A stretch of DNA of 64,000 bases from Flavobacteriales bacterium (GCA_947456965.1 CANGTU010000010.1:6711-70710); one strand, 5' to 3'; counted from the first letter of the stretch, positions 8,191 to 17,851 are shown. The notes: generated by a model not told the origin, from the letters alone. A program made the numbers and translations.

Positions 8191-9189
8191 ATGCGCCAAT
8201 TAACCGCAATCATACTTGCCCTCCTCGCTCAATTCCCCATGGCTATAGCAAGCGGACCAGGCAAACTCACGGCACTGGATTACATCCAGACGTGGAAGGA
8301 AGAGGCCGTGTACCAAATGGTGGTACACCGCATTCCCGCCAGCATCACCCTTGCACAAGGAATGCTGGAAAGCGGGAATGGGAATTCACGGCTGGCCGTG
8401 GAAGGCAATAATCATTTTGGAATCAAATGCCACAGCGACTGGACCGGTGGAACCATCCATGAGGATGACGAGACACGTGGTGAGTGCTTCAGGAAGTACA
8501 CCAGTGCACGCGAATCATTCGATGACCACTCCATATTCCTCAAGCGTAAGCGTTATGCGCCCCTTTTTGAACTAGACGTGGACGACTACCGCCAATGGGC
8601 CCGCGTGCTCAAATCATGTGGTTATGCTACCAATCCGGATTATCCGCAGCTCCTGATCCGGCTTGTTGAAGCTCACCGGCTCGATCAATATGACAAACTC
8701 GGCCTCGAATACATACAAAAACAGGTCGTGCCGGAGCGCAGTGCTGGCGAAACACCCCTTGTAGCCAATACCCCTGAGCCCCGTCGTCGGGAAAAATCCA
8801 GAAGCAACAGCTATGATCCTGATTCGGGTGGAGAAATCAGGATGTCCGGAGGCCGGACAGTAGCCCTTTCCGACAACCATATCCGCTATATCCAAGCGCA
8901 CGCCGGAGAAACTCCCGAATCCCTGGCCGCTGAGCTTGAAATGGGCGCCTGGCAGATTCGGCGATACAATGACCTGAAGGTCGGAGAATCCCTCCAGGAG
9001 GGCGATGTCGTTTATCTGCAGCCCAAGCGATCACGGGGCTCGGCCGCGAGCCATACAGTGAAGACCGGGGAAACCCTGCGAGAAATCTCTCAACGCTACG
9101 GCATCCGGCTCAAGCGACTCTGCCGGCTCAACCAGCTGGAGGCTGATCACATGCCCAATGCCGGCCGTATTCTTCGCCTCAGGCCATGA
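8191..9189 (+). CDS. secreted N-acetylglucosaminidase-family peptidoglycan hydrolase with two C-terminal LysM domains
   Basis: Signal peptide MRQLTAIILALLAQFPMAIASG. Glucosaminidase core (ITLAQGMLESGNGNSRLAVEGNNHFGIKC...YATNPDYPQLLI). Two LysM-like units (YIQAHAGETPESLAAEL..., HTVKTGETLREISQRYGIRLKRLCRLN). The track ORF begins with TTG at 8128; the ATG at 8191 is preferred. Confidence 0.85.
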   Translation: MRQLTAIILALLAQFPMAIASGPGKLTALDYIQTWKEEAVYQMVVHRIPASITLAQGMLESGNGNSRLAVEGNNHFGIKCHSDWTGGTIHEDDETRGECFRKYTSARESFDDHSIFLKRKRYAPLFELDVDDYRQWARVLKSCGYATNPDYPQLLIRLVEAHRLDQYDKLGLEYIQKQVVPERSAGETPLVANTPEPRRREKSRSNSYDPDSGGEIRMSGGRTVALSDNHIRYIQAHAGETPESLAAELEMGAWQIRRYNDLKVGESLQEGDVVYLQPKRSRGSAASHTVKTGETLREISQRYGIRLKRLCRLNQLEADHMPNAGRILRLRP

Positions 9190-9218
9190 AAAAAGCCCCG
9201 CATCGCGAGGCTTTTCTT
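9188..9218. terminator. bidirectional hairpin terminator between the LysM hydrolase gene and tRNA-Gln
   Basis: AAGCCCCGC-ATC-GCGAGGCTT (9193-9213, one C.A mismatch), flanked by an A-run on the 5' side and TTTCTT on the 3' side. Either strand therefore reads as stem plus U-tract. Confidence 0.5.
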
Positions 9219-9221
9219 GAG

Positions 9222-9292
9222 TTGCCCGAGCTGGATTCGAACCAACATAAACTGAACCAAAATCAGTTGTCCTGCCTTTAGACGATCGGGCA
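9222..9292 (-). tRNA. tRNA-Gln (anticodon TTG), CCA not encoded
   Basis: Minus strand: TGCCCGATCGTCTAAAGGCAGGACAACTGATTTTGGTTCAGTTTATGTTGGTTCGAATCCAGCTCGGGCAA. It has the U1-A72 pair typical of bacterial tRNA-Gln, anticodon stem ACTGA/TCAGT with loop TTTTGGT, and a T loop TTCGAAT. Confidence 0.85.
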
Positions 9293-9323
9293 ATCCTAAT
9301 CGGCTTTCCAGAGAAAGCGGGCG

Positions 9324-9331
9324 CAAAGGTA
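9324..9331 (-). promoter_or_regulatory. candidate -7 promoter box (TACCTTTG) for tRNA-Gln
   Basis: The minus strand reads TACCTTTG (TAnnTTTG consensus) 31 nt upstream of the mature tRNA 5' end. Confidence 0.3.
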
Positions 9332-9402
9332 TATCGGGCAGCTCCAATCTGACAAGCCTTTTTTTTCGACCCGACCTACATTTAACCACTCATTCCACAT
9401 TC

Positions 9403-10863
9403 ATGGATACCATCCTCAACTACATCGGGGGCCGTCATGTTCCTGCTGCTTCCGGCAACCACCTGGATAATGTTTCGCCGCTAACCGGCGAGATTTACGC
9501 GCTTATCCCCGACTCTGGCCAGAGCGATGTGGATGCTGCTGTTCGTGCGGCCCAGGATGCTTTTCCTGTCTGGTCCCAAATGCCGCCTGAGGACCGATCG
9601 GCCATTATGCTTCGGCTTGCCGACCTTATTGCCATCCATGCGGAGCAGCTTGCACAGGCCGAGACGCGGGATTCAGGAAAGCCTATCCATCACTCTCGCA
9701 ATGTTGATATTCCAAGGGCTGAAGCCAATATCCGATTCTTTGCTACCGCAATCCTGCATACCCATGCGGAGGCTTTTCACACGCGCGCGGGAGTGCTCAA
9801 TTACACCAACCGCAAACCCCTTGGTGTAGTAGCGTGTATCTCGCCCTGGAACCTGCCGCTGTATCTGTTTACCTGGAAGATTGCCCCGGCGCTTGCGGCC
9901 GGTAATTGTGTAGTTGCCAAGCCGTCTGAAATCACACCTATGACCGCTTACCTCCTCAGCGAGTTGTGCCGGGAGGCGGGCATTCCCGCAGGTGTTATAA
10001 ACGTGGTTCACGGTCTTGGTCCGCGCGCAGGACAGGCCATGGTCGAACATCCCCTGGTGAAGGCCATTTCATTCACGGGCGGCACGGCCACCGGGGCGGC
10101 AATTGCCTCTGCTGCTGCTCCTCGATTCAAGAAGCTCAGTCTGGAACTCGGAGGAAAGAACCCCAACATCATATTCGCGGATTGTGATTATGACAAGATG
10201 CTTCGGACTACCCTCAGGTCATCCTTTTCTAATCAGGGTCAGATTTGCCTGTGTGGATCGAGGATACTTGTAGAGCGCGGGTTATTTGACCGTTTTATGC
10301 AGGATTTCACCGCTCTGGCGCGTGAGCTTGTCCCGGCTGATCCTCGCGAAGAAAGCAGCCGGATGGGGGCTCTGGTCAGCGAGAGCCATATGAACAAAGT
10401 GCTGAGCTACGTCCAGTTGGCAAGAAATGAAGGCGGCACCGTGCATTGCGGTGGAGAGCGCGTGCTGCTGTCCGGAGAGCTGTCCGGCGGCTTTTACATG
10501 TCGCCTGCCGTCATTAGCGGGCTAGGGCCCGAATGCCGTACCAACCAGGAAGAAATCTTCGGTCCGGTGGTGACCGTAACCCCTTTCGACCGAGAAGAGG
10601 AAGCGATAACCATGGCGAACGGCACGGCTTACGGGCTCTCTGCGACAGTATGGACACGTGATCTTGACCGGGCCCATCGCGTGGCCTCCCGGTTAGATTC
10701 CGGAATAGCCTGGATTAATACCTGGTTATTGCGCGACCTCAGAACGCCATTTGGCGGTGTGAAAAACTCCGGGATTGGCCGCGAAGGCGGAGAAGAAGCC
10801 CTGAGATTTTTTTCAGAAATACAAAATGTATGTGTTGACTTTGGATCAGCCCCGACCCTTTGA
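9403..10863 (+). CDS. NAD(P)-dependent aldehyde dehydrogenase (hydroxy/aminomuconic semialdehyde dehydrogenase-like)
   Basis: ALDH motifs: FTGGTATG, glutamate site LELGGKNP, and catalytic cysteine FSNQGQICLCGSR. Confidence 0.9.
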   Translation: MDTILNYIGGRHVPAASGNHLDNVSPLTGEIYALIPDSGQSDVDAAVRAAQDAFPVWSQMPPEDRSAIMLRLADLIAIHAEQLAQAETRDSGKPIHHSRNVDIPRAEANIRFFATAILHTHAEAFHTRAGVLNYTNRKPLGVVACISPWNLPLYLFTWKIAPALAAGNCVVAKPSEITPMTAYLLSELCREAGIPAGVINVVHGLGPRAGQAMVEHPLVKAISFTGGTATGAAIASAAAPRFKKLSLELGGKNPNIIFADCDYDKMLRTTLRSSFSNQGQICLCGSRILVERGLFDRFMQDFTALARELVPADPREESSRMGALVSESHMNKVLSYVQLARNEGGTVHCGGERVLLSGELSGGFYMSPAVISGLGPECRTNQEEIFGPVVTVTPFDREEEAITMANGTAYGLSATVWTRDLDRAHRVASRLDSGIAWINTWLLRDLRTPFGGVKNSGIGREGGEEALRFFSEIQNVCVDFGSAPTL

Positions 10864-11169
10864 CCCATTCGTAAAAAACCAGCCAAACCTTCTATTGAAC
10901 CAATCCTCCCAAGCGGAGAGCTTACTTAACATGTGGGCAATCATTCTGCAGGTTGTTATTGGATGTACAACACAGATATATCCCTCTTTCTTGTTCTACC
11001 CTACCACATTTAACCTGATTTGGACATTCGAATTACAATCCGACTGCATCCTCTGTGATTAACCTTCAAATCCGAACGGAAACGATACCAAAATTACCGG
11101 GTCGCTCACCAATTCTTTTATTATCCATCAAAACGAATACACGGACAGTCTGAGTGTCCAGGCCATACC

Positions 11170-11424
11170 ATGGAAGTTCACCTCCTTCGCAAACAACAAG
11201 CGCTTGACCTTATTGACCACCTTCAGAAGCAAAGGCGGCCCATTCACGGATTGGAAATCTTCCGCAATTCAGGCGGCCTCTGGGAGAGCTCGTTGTATAA
11301 AACGGCCTGGTTTTCCAGCCAGCGCGGTGTATACCAGCGGGCACGCACATTCATCCGTCACCAGATGGCTGGTGAATGGGAGGTTGTCGAGTTCAAGCTG
11401 GGAGAGCTTCGGCCGACAGGTTAA
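11170..11424 (+). CDS. hypothetical 84-aa protein (orphan ORF)
   Basis: ATG-initiated ORF with GC content like neighbouring genes, placed just after an AT-rich non-coding patch. No recognisable motif. An alternative overlapping frame (11204..11491) looks less protein-like. Confidence 0.35.
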   Translation: MEVHLLRKQQALDLIDHLQKQRRPIHGLEIFRNSGGLWESSLYKTAWFSSQRGVYQRARTFIRHQMAGEWEVVEFKLGELRPTG

Positions 11425-11506
11425 AAAAACAGAACGCCTTAAAACTCCCGGCCAGCTCGTGTCGTTAGCCCGGTTGATGACCTACATTTGAATATCCCAT
11501 TGTGCG

Positions 11507-14500
11507 ATGCGCAACATGAATGACTTGAAGCAGACGGCCTACGATACACTCCTTACTCGCCTCGATGCGTTCATCCGGAAGTATTATAAAAACCAGATGA
11601 TCCGGGGAGCCCTGTATGCCACAGGGCTCATTGTAGGCACCTTTCTCCTGATCGTTTCACTCGAGTATCTCGGCCAGTTCAGTATACCCGTCCGCACTAT
11701 CCTGTTCTGGTTGTTTCTCAGCTCTGCCCTGTTCATTCTGGTGCGGTTTCTGGCGATTCCTGTGTTGCATCTGTTCAGAATAGGAAAGATCATTTCCCAC
11801 ACGGAAGCCGCATCGATTATCGGCTCCCATTTTCCCGAGGTCAGCGATAAACTTCTGAACACCCTTCAGCTTCGTGAGCAAGCAGAAGTGGCTGATAACA
11901 GTCTCATTCTGGCCAGTATCCGGCAGCGCATGGACGCCCTCAAGCCCGTGCCATTCACCGCTGCAATTGATTTCCGGGAAAACCGCAAATACTTGAAGTA
12001 TGCGCTTCCTCCTTTAGCAGTCGTGTTGCTCATCCTGCTCACTGACGCCACGATCATTACGCGTCCCACCGAGCGGCTGATCCGCCATAGCGAACTTGTT
12101 GCCGAGGAAGCTCCGTTCACCTTTTCACTGAAGAACGGAGGGCTCAGCGTGGTCGAAGGCCAATCAGTCACTCTCACGTTTGAAGTAGGCGGACGCGAGG
12201 TTCCACAAACCGTGTATCTGGAATATGGCGATCAGCAGTTTGTGCTCGACACGGAGGGTCCACGGGAGCATCGCTACACGTTTCGCAACGTGCGTCAGCC
12301 CGTCACGTTTCGCCTCTATGCATCCGGCTTCTATTCCGAGCCGTTCGTGCTCGATGTCATTCCCGCGCCGCGAGTAGTTGAATTTTCTGCCAGCCTGACT
12401 TATCCAGCCCATACCCGACGGTCCTCAGAAACGGTCAAAAACGCCGGTGATCTTACCGTTCCTGAAGGCACCCGTATATCCTGGTCATTCCAGACGCGCA
12501 ATACCAGCGGGCTTCTGTTGCGCATTGCCGACAGTACATATCAGGTCGCCGGCGCGGCCGATGCTTTTCGCTGGAACTATGTGGCCAATCTCAGCACCTC
12601 TTATTCCGTGCTGCCTGTTAACGCCCGCACTTCAGGAATAGACAGTCTATCATACCGGCTTCAGGTGGTGGCTGATCAGGTACCCAACATTACTGTGGAT
12701 GAAGTACGCGACTCCACAACGATCGGGCTCGTTTACTTCACCGGTGAAGTGAGGGATGACTACGGGTTTCGCCGGCTGGCGTTTCGCTTTTCCCGGACTG
12801 AAGCGGATGGCCGGCCCGGATCCGAGCAAAGCATTGATCTTCCTGTTTCGAGAGAATTCCAGTCGGACGTTTTCTACCACAACTGGAATCTCCGGGAATT
12901 CGGGCTGGAACCTGGCGTGCAGTATTCCTACTATTTCGAGGTTTGGGACAATGATGGCGTGAATGGCAGTAAAAGTGCGCGCACGGCAGTACGACAATAT
13001 CTCGTTCCGGATGAAGATGAGCTTCAGAATCAGGTAGACCAGAAGAATGAAGATATCAAAGACAAGCTGGAGGATAGTATGAAAGATGTTCGCAAGCTCC
13101 AGAAAGAACTTGAGGAGCTGCAGCGTCAGATGATGGAAAAGAAGGAAATGGGTTGGCAGGAAAAGAAAAAGCTCGAAGAACTGCTGAAAATGCAAGAACA
13201 GCTCCAGCGCCAGGTGAATGAAATCCGGGAGGAGAACAGCCAGAAGAATCAGCTCGAGAAAGAGTTTCAAAAGCCCAACGAAAACATACTAGAAAAACAG
13301 CGTCAACTGGAAGAGCTGATGAATCAGGTCATGAATCCTGAGCTGCAGAAGATGATGGAAGAACTGCAACGGCTGATGGAAGAGCTCAATAAAGATGAGA
13401 TTGAGGACCAGCTGGAGCGAATGGATTTATCCAATGAGGACCTGGAAAAAGAGCTCGACCGTGCTCTCGAGCAATTCCGCCAGTTGGAGTGGGAGCAGAA
13501 GATGGAGGAGGCAATTGACAACTTGAAAGAACTCGGCGAAAAACAGGAAAAGCTAGGCGACGAAGCTGGTCAAAAAGATTCGAAGTCTGAAGAATTGAAA
13601 AAACAGCAGGAAGAGCTGAACAAGGAGTTTGAGCAGATGAAAAATGAGCTCGACGAGTTGGAGAAGTTGAATGAACAGCTGGAGACTCCGAATTCCATGC
13701 CCGATACCGGACAGCAACAAGAGGAGATCAGCAATGACCAGCAGAAAAGCACAGAAGAGCTTGGGAAGAACAAGAAGTCCAGCGCCGGAAAATCACAGAA
13801 AAGCGCTGGTCAGAAAATGAAGGAGATGGCTGAGCAGATGGACATGGCTATGCAAGCGGGCGAGCAGGAGCAGCAGCAAGAAGACATGGAAGCTTTGCGA
13901 GCGCTATTGGAAAACATTATCGACCTCAGCTTTGATCAGGAGAAATTGCTCAGTGAGTTTCGTGAAGTGGATATGAAAGACCCACAGTACAATAGTCTTG
14001 GACAGCGTCAGCGGAAGTTAAAAGATGACGCCCGGATGGTGGAGGATTCTCTGTTTGCTTTGAGCAAGCGTGTGCCTCAGGTCTCCGCTGCGATTAACCG
14101 GGAAATCAATCTCATCCATGACCACATGGGAAAAGCACTTGCTGGTATCCCTGATCGCAAGACATCGGAGATCACCACCTCACAGCAATATGTGATGACC
14201 AGTTTCAACAATCTGGCGCTGATGCTTGATGAGGCCTTGAAACAGATGCAACAGCAGTCCTCATGCAATAAACCCGGAACCGGAAACTGCGAGAAACCGG
14301 GTGCTTCGGGGAGTAAGCCCAAGCCGTCTTCCGGGCAGATCAAAAAAATGCAGGACGCCCTTTCCAAGCAATTGGAACAAATGAAGAAAGAGGGGAAGAA
14401 CAAGGGTGAAAACAAGGGGCAGGATGGACAGATGAGCAAGCAGCTCGCCGAAATGGCGGCTAAGCAAGCCGCCATTCGAAAGATGATGGAGGAGAAGGCC

Positions 14501-14875
14501 GGTGAGCTGAATCAGGACGGCAGTGGAAATGGAAATGAGCTCAAGGAGATTGCCAAGGAGATGGAGAAACTGCAGCGTGATATCGTCAATAATCAGATTA
14601 CTGAGGAATCTCTTCGCAGGCAACAGGATATTATGATCCGGCTTCTGAAGGCGGAGGATGCAGAACGCGTGCGGGAGCAGGATAACCAGAGGAAGAGCAA
14701 CGAGTCCACGGACAGTCCGCTGAGTAATCCACAAAAATATGCCGACTATATGCGCCGCAAGGAGCGGGAAACAGAGCTGTTGAAGACGGTTCCTCCCGGT
14801 TTGAGGCCGTATTACCGCGAACGCGTCAACGAATACTTCAACCGGATTGGGGGGGATTCGCCGGTTGAGAAGTGA
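11507..14875 (+). CDS. large membrane-anchored protein with long E/K/Q-rich coiled coil (DUF4175-like)
   Basis: Three N-terminal TM helices (aa ~30-190), a beta-rich region, ~325 aa of E/K/Q/L-rich sequence (nt ~13019-13994), and a C-terminal helical region (VPQVSAAINREINLIHDHMGKAL...QQYVMTSFNNLALMLDEALKQMQQQ). Length and layout match my recollection of DUF4175/TIGR02302-type proteins. Confidence 0.8.
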   Translation: MRNMNDLKQTAYDTLLTRLDAFIRKYYKNQMIRGALYATGLIVGTFLLIVSLEYLGQFSIPVRTILFWLFLSSALFILVRFLAIPVLHLFRIGKIISHTEAASIIGSHFPEVSDKLLNTLQLREQAEVADNSLILASIRQRMDALKPVPFTAAIDFRENRKYLKYALPPLAVVLLILLTDATIITRPTERLIRHSELVAEEAPFTFSLKNGGLSVVEGQSVTLTFEVGGREVPQTVYLEYGDQQFVLDTEGPREHRYTFRNVRQPVTFRLYASGFYSEPFVLDVIPAPRVVEFSASLTYPAHTRRSSETVKNAGDLTVPEGTRISWSFQTRNTSGLLLRIADSTYQVAGAADAFRWNYVANLSTSYSVLPVNARTSGIDSLSYRLQVVADQVPNITVDEVRDSTTIGLVYFTGEVRDDYGFRRLAFRFSRTEADGRPGSEQSIDLPVSREFQSDVFYHNWNLREFGLEPGVQYSYYFEVWDNDGVNGSKSARTAVRQYLVPDEDELQNQVDQKNEDIKDKLEDSMKDVRKLQKELEELQRQMMEKKEMGWQEKKKLEELLKMQEQLQRQVNEIREENSQKNQLEKEFQKPNENILEKQRQLEELMNQVMNPELQKMMEELQRLMEELNKDEIEDQLERMDLSNEDLEKELDRALEQFRQLEWEQKMEEAIDNLKELGEKQEKLGDEAGQKDSKSEELKKQQEELNKEFEQMKNELDELEKLNEQLETPNSMPDTGQQQEEISNDQQKSTEELGKNKKSSAGKSQKSAGQKMKEMAEQMDMAMQAGEQEQQQEDMEALRALLENIIDLSFDQEKLLSEFREVDMKDPQYNSLGQRQRKLKDDARMVEDSLFALSKRVPQVSAAINREINLIHDHMGKALAGIPDRKTSEITTSQQYVMTSFNNLALMLDEALKQMQQQSSCNKPGTGNCEKPGASGSKPKPSSGQIKKMQDALSKQLEQMKKEGKNKGENKGQDGQMSKQLAEMAAKQAAIRKMMEEKAGELNQDGSGNGNELKEIAKEMEKLQRDIVNNQITEESLRRQQDIMIRLLKAEDAERVREQDNQRKSNESTDSPLSNPQKYADYMRRKERETELLKTVPPGLRPYYRERVNEYFNRIGGDSPVEK

Positions 14876-14974
14876 ACAGGATCAGGTTAGTTGAATCCCA
14901 CCCCATCCTCATCACACGCCCCTATTTTTGTCCAACTTTGAACATCTCCGCTGCGAGAACTAACCCCATTGCCC

Positions 14975-15400
14975 ATGTCCTCCGATAGCCGCACCCTTCG
15001 TTTTCCCTCGGTCATTGAGAATATCCATCTGGCGGAGAAGCTTGTGGATGACGTTTGTGCGGAGCTAGGCGTCAACGAGAACTACTATGGTGAGATTCTC
15101 ATCTCCCTGACTGAGGCCGTCAATAACGCCATAGTACATGGCAATAAACTGGATTCCGCTCGTCAGGTAACGGTGAGGTTTGACTTAGCGGGGGAGAAGC
15201 GACTACGGTTCACCATTGAAGATGAGGGGGCCGGGTTTGATTACGACAATCTACCCGATCCGACAGCTCCGGAGAATATTGAAAAGCCCCACGGTCGCGG
15301 TGTATTCCTGATGCGCAACCTCGCAGACTCCTGCCAGTTCGAAGACCACGGACGCATCGTCATCCTTGAGTTCTCCGTGATGGAAGAGGAGCTCGCCTGA
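14975..15400 (+). CDS. RsbW/SpoIIAB-like anti-sigma-factor serine kinase (HATPase_c_2 ATP-binding protein)
   Basis: N box LTEAVNNAIVHGN, G1 box FTIEDEGAGFD, G2 box HGRGVFLMRNL. The track start at 14969 is TTG; the ATG is at 14975. Confidence 0.8.
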   Translation: MSSDSRTLRFPSVIENIHLAEKLVDDVCAELGVNENYYGEILISLTEAVNNAIVHGNKLDSARQVTVRFDLAGEKRLRFTIEDEGAGFDYDNLPDPTAPENIEKPHGRGVFLMRNLADSCQFEDHGRIVILEFSVMEEELA

Positions 15401-15494
15401 TCCTCCCGGCAGTTCCGGTTCTTTTTGGCCATTCTCCTGGGGCACATGATGCCTTTCGCTTGTTGACCAATCCTGGACGACCTTTGCCGCTGTT

Positions 15495-15929
15495 ATGGCT
15501 GCTATTCGCTTCTATTCTGAGCATCCCTCATTCACCTTTCGCGGGAAAGGCCGCGCATCACGTTGGCTTCTGGCTCTCATTCGCTCCAAGCAACGGGAAC
15601 CGGGATCTATTTCCGTTGTCTTCGTCACTGACGATGCCCTTCTCGAAATGAACCGCAAGTACCTCCAACATGATGATTTCACGGATATCATCACGTTCGA
15701 TTACGGGACAGAGCAGGGTGGGAAGGTTGGGGGCGACCTCTTCATCAGCGTTGATCGCGCACATGAAAATGCAACCCTTTTTCACGTGAAACCAGCCGAT
15801 GAATTGCTTCGTCTCCTTGCTCACGGAACACTACATCTCCTTGGATATCAAGATAAATCATCTCAATCCAAACAAATAATGACCGCTCAGGAAGAGGAGG
15901 CCCTGACGCTCTACAAGCAAACTCAATAA
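15495..15929 (+). CDS. ybeY: rRNA maturation RNase YbeY
   Basis: Zinc-binding motif LAHGTLHLLGYQD. Size is typical (144 aa). Confidence 0.9.
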   Translation: MAAIRFYSEHPSFTFRGKGRASRWLLALIRSKQREPGSISVVFVTDDALLEMNRKYLQHDDFTDIITFDYGTEQGGKVGGDLFISVDRAHENATLFHVKPADELLRLLAHGTLHLLGYQDKSSQSKQIMTAQEEEALTLYKQTQ

Positions 15930-15979
15930 CCGTGATCTTGGTGGCGTCATGCCTCGTTTCACGTGGAACATCCGACAGC

Positions 15980-17851
15980 ATGGAACAAACATATGATATC
16001 ATCATTGTCGGTGCAGGTCATGCAGGCAATGAGGCCGCAGCAGCCGCGGCCAACCTCGGAAAACGCGTTCTTCTGGTCACAATGGACATGACCAAAATCG
16101 GGCAAATGAGTTGCAATCCAGCAATGGGCGGTATCGCCAAAGGCCAGATTGTCAGAGAAATAGACGCGCTCGGCGGCTACAGTGGAGTCATTTCCGATCA
16201 ATCTGCCATTCAGTTCAGAATGCTGAATCGCTCGAAGGGTCCAGCAATGTGGAGCCCCCGGACCCAGAACGACAGAATGCGTTTTGCAGAAGCCTGGCGC
16301 ATCCAGCTTGAGCAAACTCCCGGAGTTGATTTCTGGCAGGATATGGTAAGGGAAATCGTCATTGAAAACAACACCGTTGCAGGCGTCATTACGACTATGG
16401 GCCTCCGTTTCGCATGCCGCGCTGTCGTTGTCACAGCCGGTACATTTCTGAACGGCGTCATCCACATCGGTGAAAAACAGTTTGGCGGTGGCCGCATCGG
16501 TGAGAAGGGGGCAGAAGGCATTACCGAACAGCTGGTGTCCCTTGGGCTGCGCGCAGGACGAATGAAAACAGGCACTCCACCCAGGATTGACGGAAGGAGT
16601 ATTGACTACTCTCAAACCACCGAGCAACCCGGTGATGGAAAGCCTGGGTGGTTCTCGTACCTCCATCACAACCCCATCCAGCGACAGCTGTCATGTTGGA
16701 TCACCTACACCAATCAGGCCGTGCATGATATCCTTGCCACTGGCTTTGAGCAGAGCCCTATGTTCACCGGCCGTATACAAGGATTAGGGCCGCGGTACTG
16801 TCCCTCTATCGAAGACAAGATCACCCGCTTCGCTGAGAAGGACCGCCACCAGTTGTTTATCGAGCCGGAAGGCTGGAATACCGTGGAAATCTATTTGAAT
16901 GGCTTTTCCACCAGCTTACCCGAAGATGTTCAGCTGCGAGCACTTCGCCAAATACCGGGATTGAAGCATGCCAAAATATTCCGGCCCGGCTACGCCATCG
17001 AATATGACTATTTCCCACCCGACCAATTGACGCACGGATTGCATTCCAAGGCTTTAAACGGACTCTTTCTTGCCGGACAGATCAACGGCACCACAGGCTA
17101 TGAAGAAGCGGCCTGTCAGGGCCTGATAGCCGGAATCAATGCCTCCAGACACCTCGACGAGCAGGAGCCTTTCGTATTGTCCCGGTCCGAGGCCTATATC
17201 GGTGTGCTCATCGATGATCTGATCACGAAAGGCACCGATGAGCCGTACCGGATGTTCACCAGCCGCGCCGAATACCGAACCCTGCTCCGACAGGATAATG
17301 CAGATGAGAGGCTCACCCCGTTGGCACATTCCATCGGACTGGCTTCGGCCGAACGCATGCGTCGCCTCGAGTCCAAGCAGACTATTTCCCACCAGATCAA
17401 AGCCATCCTCGAGAAAACTGCGGTTGACCCTGAACGAGTGAATCCCATACTCAACCAATTGGGCAGCACGCCTGTTGCGCAAAAAACCAGATTATCAGCG
17501 CTGCTCTGCCGTCCTCAGCTAACCTGGACTGATCTCTCCCCATTCATCCCAGATATCGATAACCTGATGCCTGACGAACCATGGTTACTCTCAGAAGCAA
17601 TTGAACAAGCAGAAATCGGACTCAAGTACAAGGGCTACATTGACAAGGAGCGCGATATGGCGGATAAGATCAGCAGGCTTGACCACCTTACCTTGCCGCT
17701 TCAGTTTGACTATGACGCTATTCCCAACCTGAGTACGGAAGCACGGCAAAAACTGAAGCGCATCCGCCCGGAATCAATCGGTCAGGCCAGCAGGATAAGT
17801 GGTGTCAACCCATCGGATATTTCCCTCTTGCTCATCCACATGGGTAGGTAG
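15980..17851 (+). CDS. mnmG: tRNA uridine 5-carboxymethylaminomethyl modification enzyme MnmG (GidA)
   Basis: YDIIIVGAGHAGNEAA FAD fold; SCNPAMGGIAKGQIVREIDALGG; GPRYCPSIEDK; C-terminal ISGVNPSDISLLLIHM. The ATG at 15980 is preferred over the upstream track start at 15932. Confidence 0.95.
   Translation: MEQTYDIIIVGAGHAGNEAAAAAANLGKRVLLVTMDMTKIGQMSCNPAMGGIAKGQIVREIDALGGYSGVISDQSAIQFRMLNRSKGPAMWSPRTQNDRMRFAEAWRIQLEQTPGVDFWQDMVREIVIENNTVAGVITTMGLRFACRAVVVTAGTFLNGVIHIGEKQFGGGRIGEKGAEGITEQLVSLGLRAGRMKTGTPPRIDGRSIDYSQTTEQPGDGKPGWFSYLHHNPIQRQLSCWITYTNQAVHDILATGFEQSPMFTGRIQGLGPRYCPSIEDKITRFAEKDRHQLFIEPEGWNTVEIYLNGFSTSLPEDVQLRALRQIPGLKHAKIFRPGYAIEYDYFPPDQLTHGLHSKALNGLFLAGQINGTTGYEEAACQGLIAGINASRHLDEQEPFVLSRSEAYIGVLIDDLITKGTDEPYRMFTSRAEYRTLLRQDNADERLTPLAHSIGLASAERMRRLESKQTISHQIKAILEKTAVDPERVNPILNQLGSTPVAQKTRLSALLCRPQLTWTDLSPFIPDIDNLMPDEPWLLSEAIEQAEIGLKYKGYIDKERDMADKISRLDHLTLPLQFDYDAIPNLSTEARQKLKRIRPESIGQASRISGVNPSDISLLLIHMGR

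Noticed and set aside
11204-11491. 95-aa ORF in an alternative frame overlapping the 84-aa orphan ORF
   Set aside because: It has a non-ATG start, a Ser/Gly/Arg-rich translation, and it runs into the promoter-proximal region of the next gene. The 11170-11424 frame is the better, though still weak, candidate.
13324-13773. Ser/Cys/Phe-rich minus-strand ORFs (13324-13521, 13570-13773) that look like low-complexity secreted peptides
   Set aside because: They are the reverse-complement reading of the GAA/AAG/CAG-rich coiled-coil coding region of the DUF4175-like gene. This is a compositional artefact.
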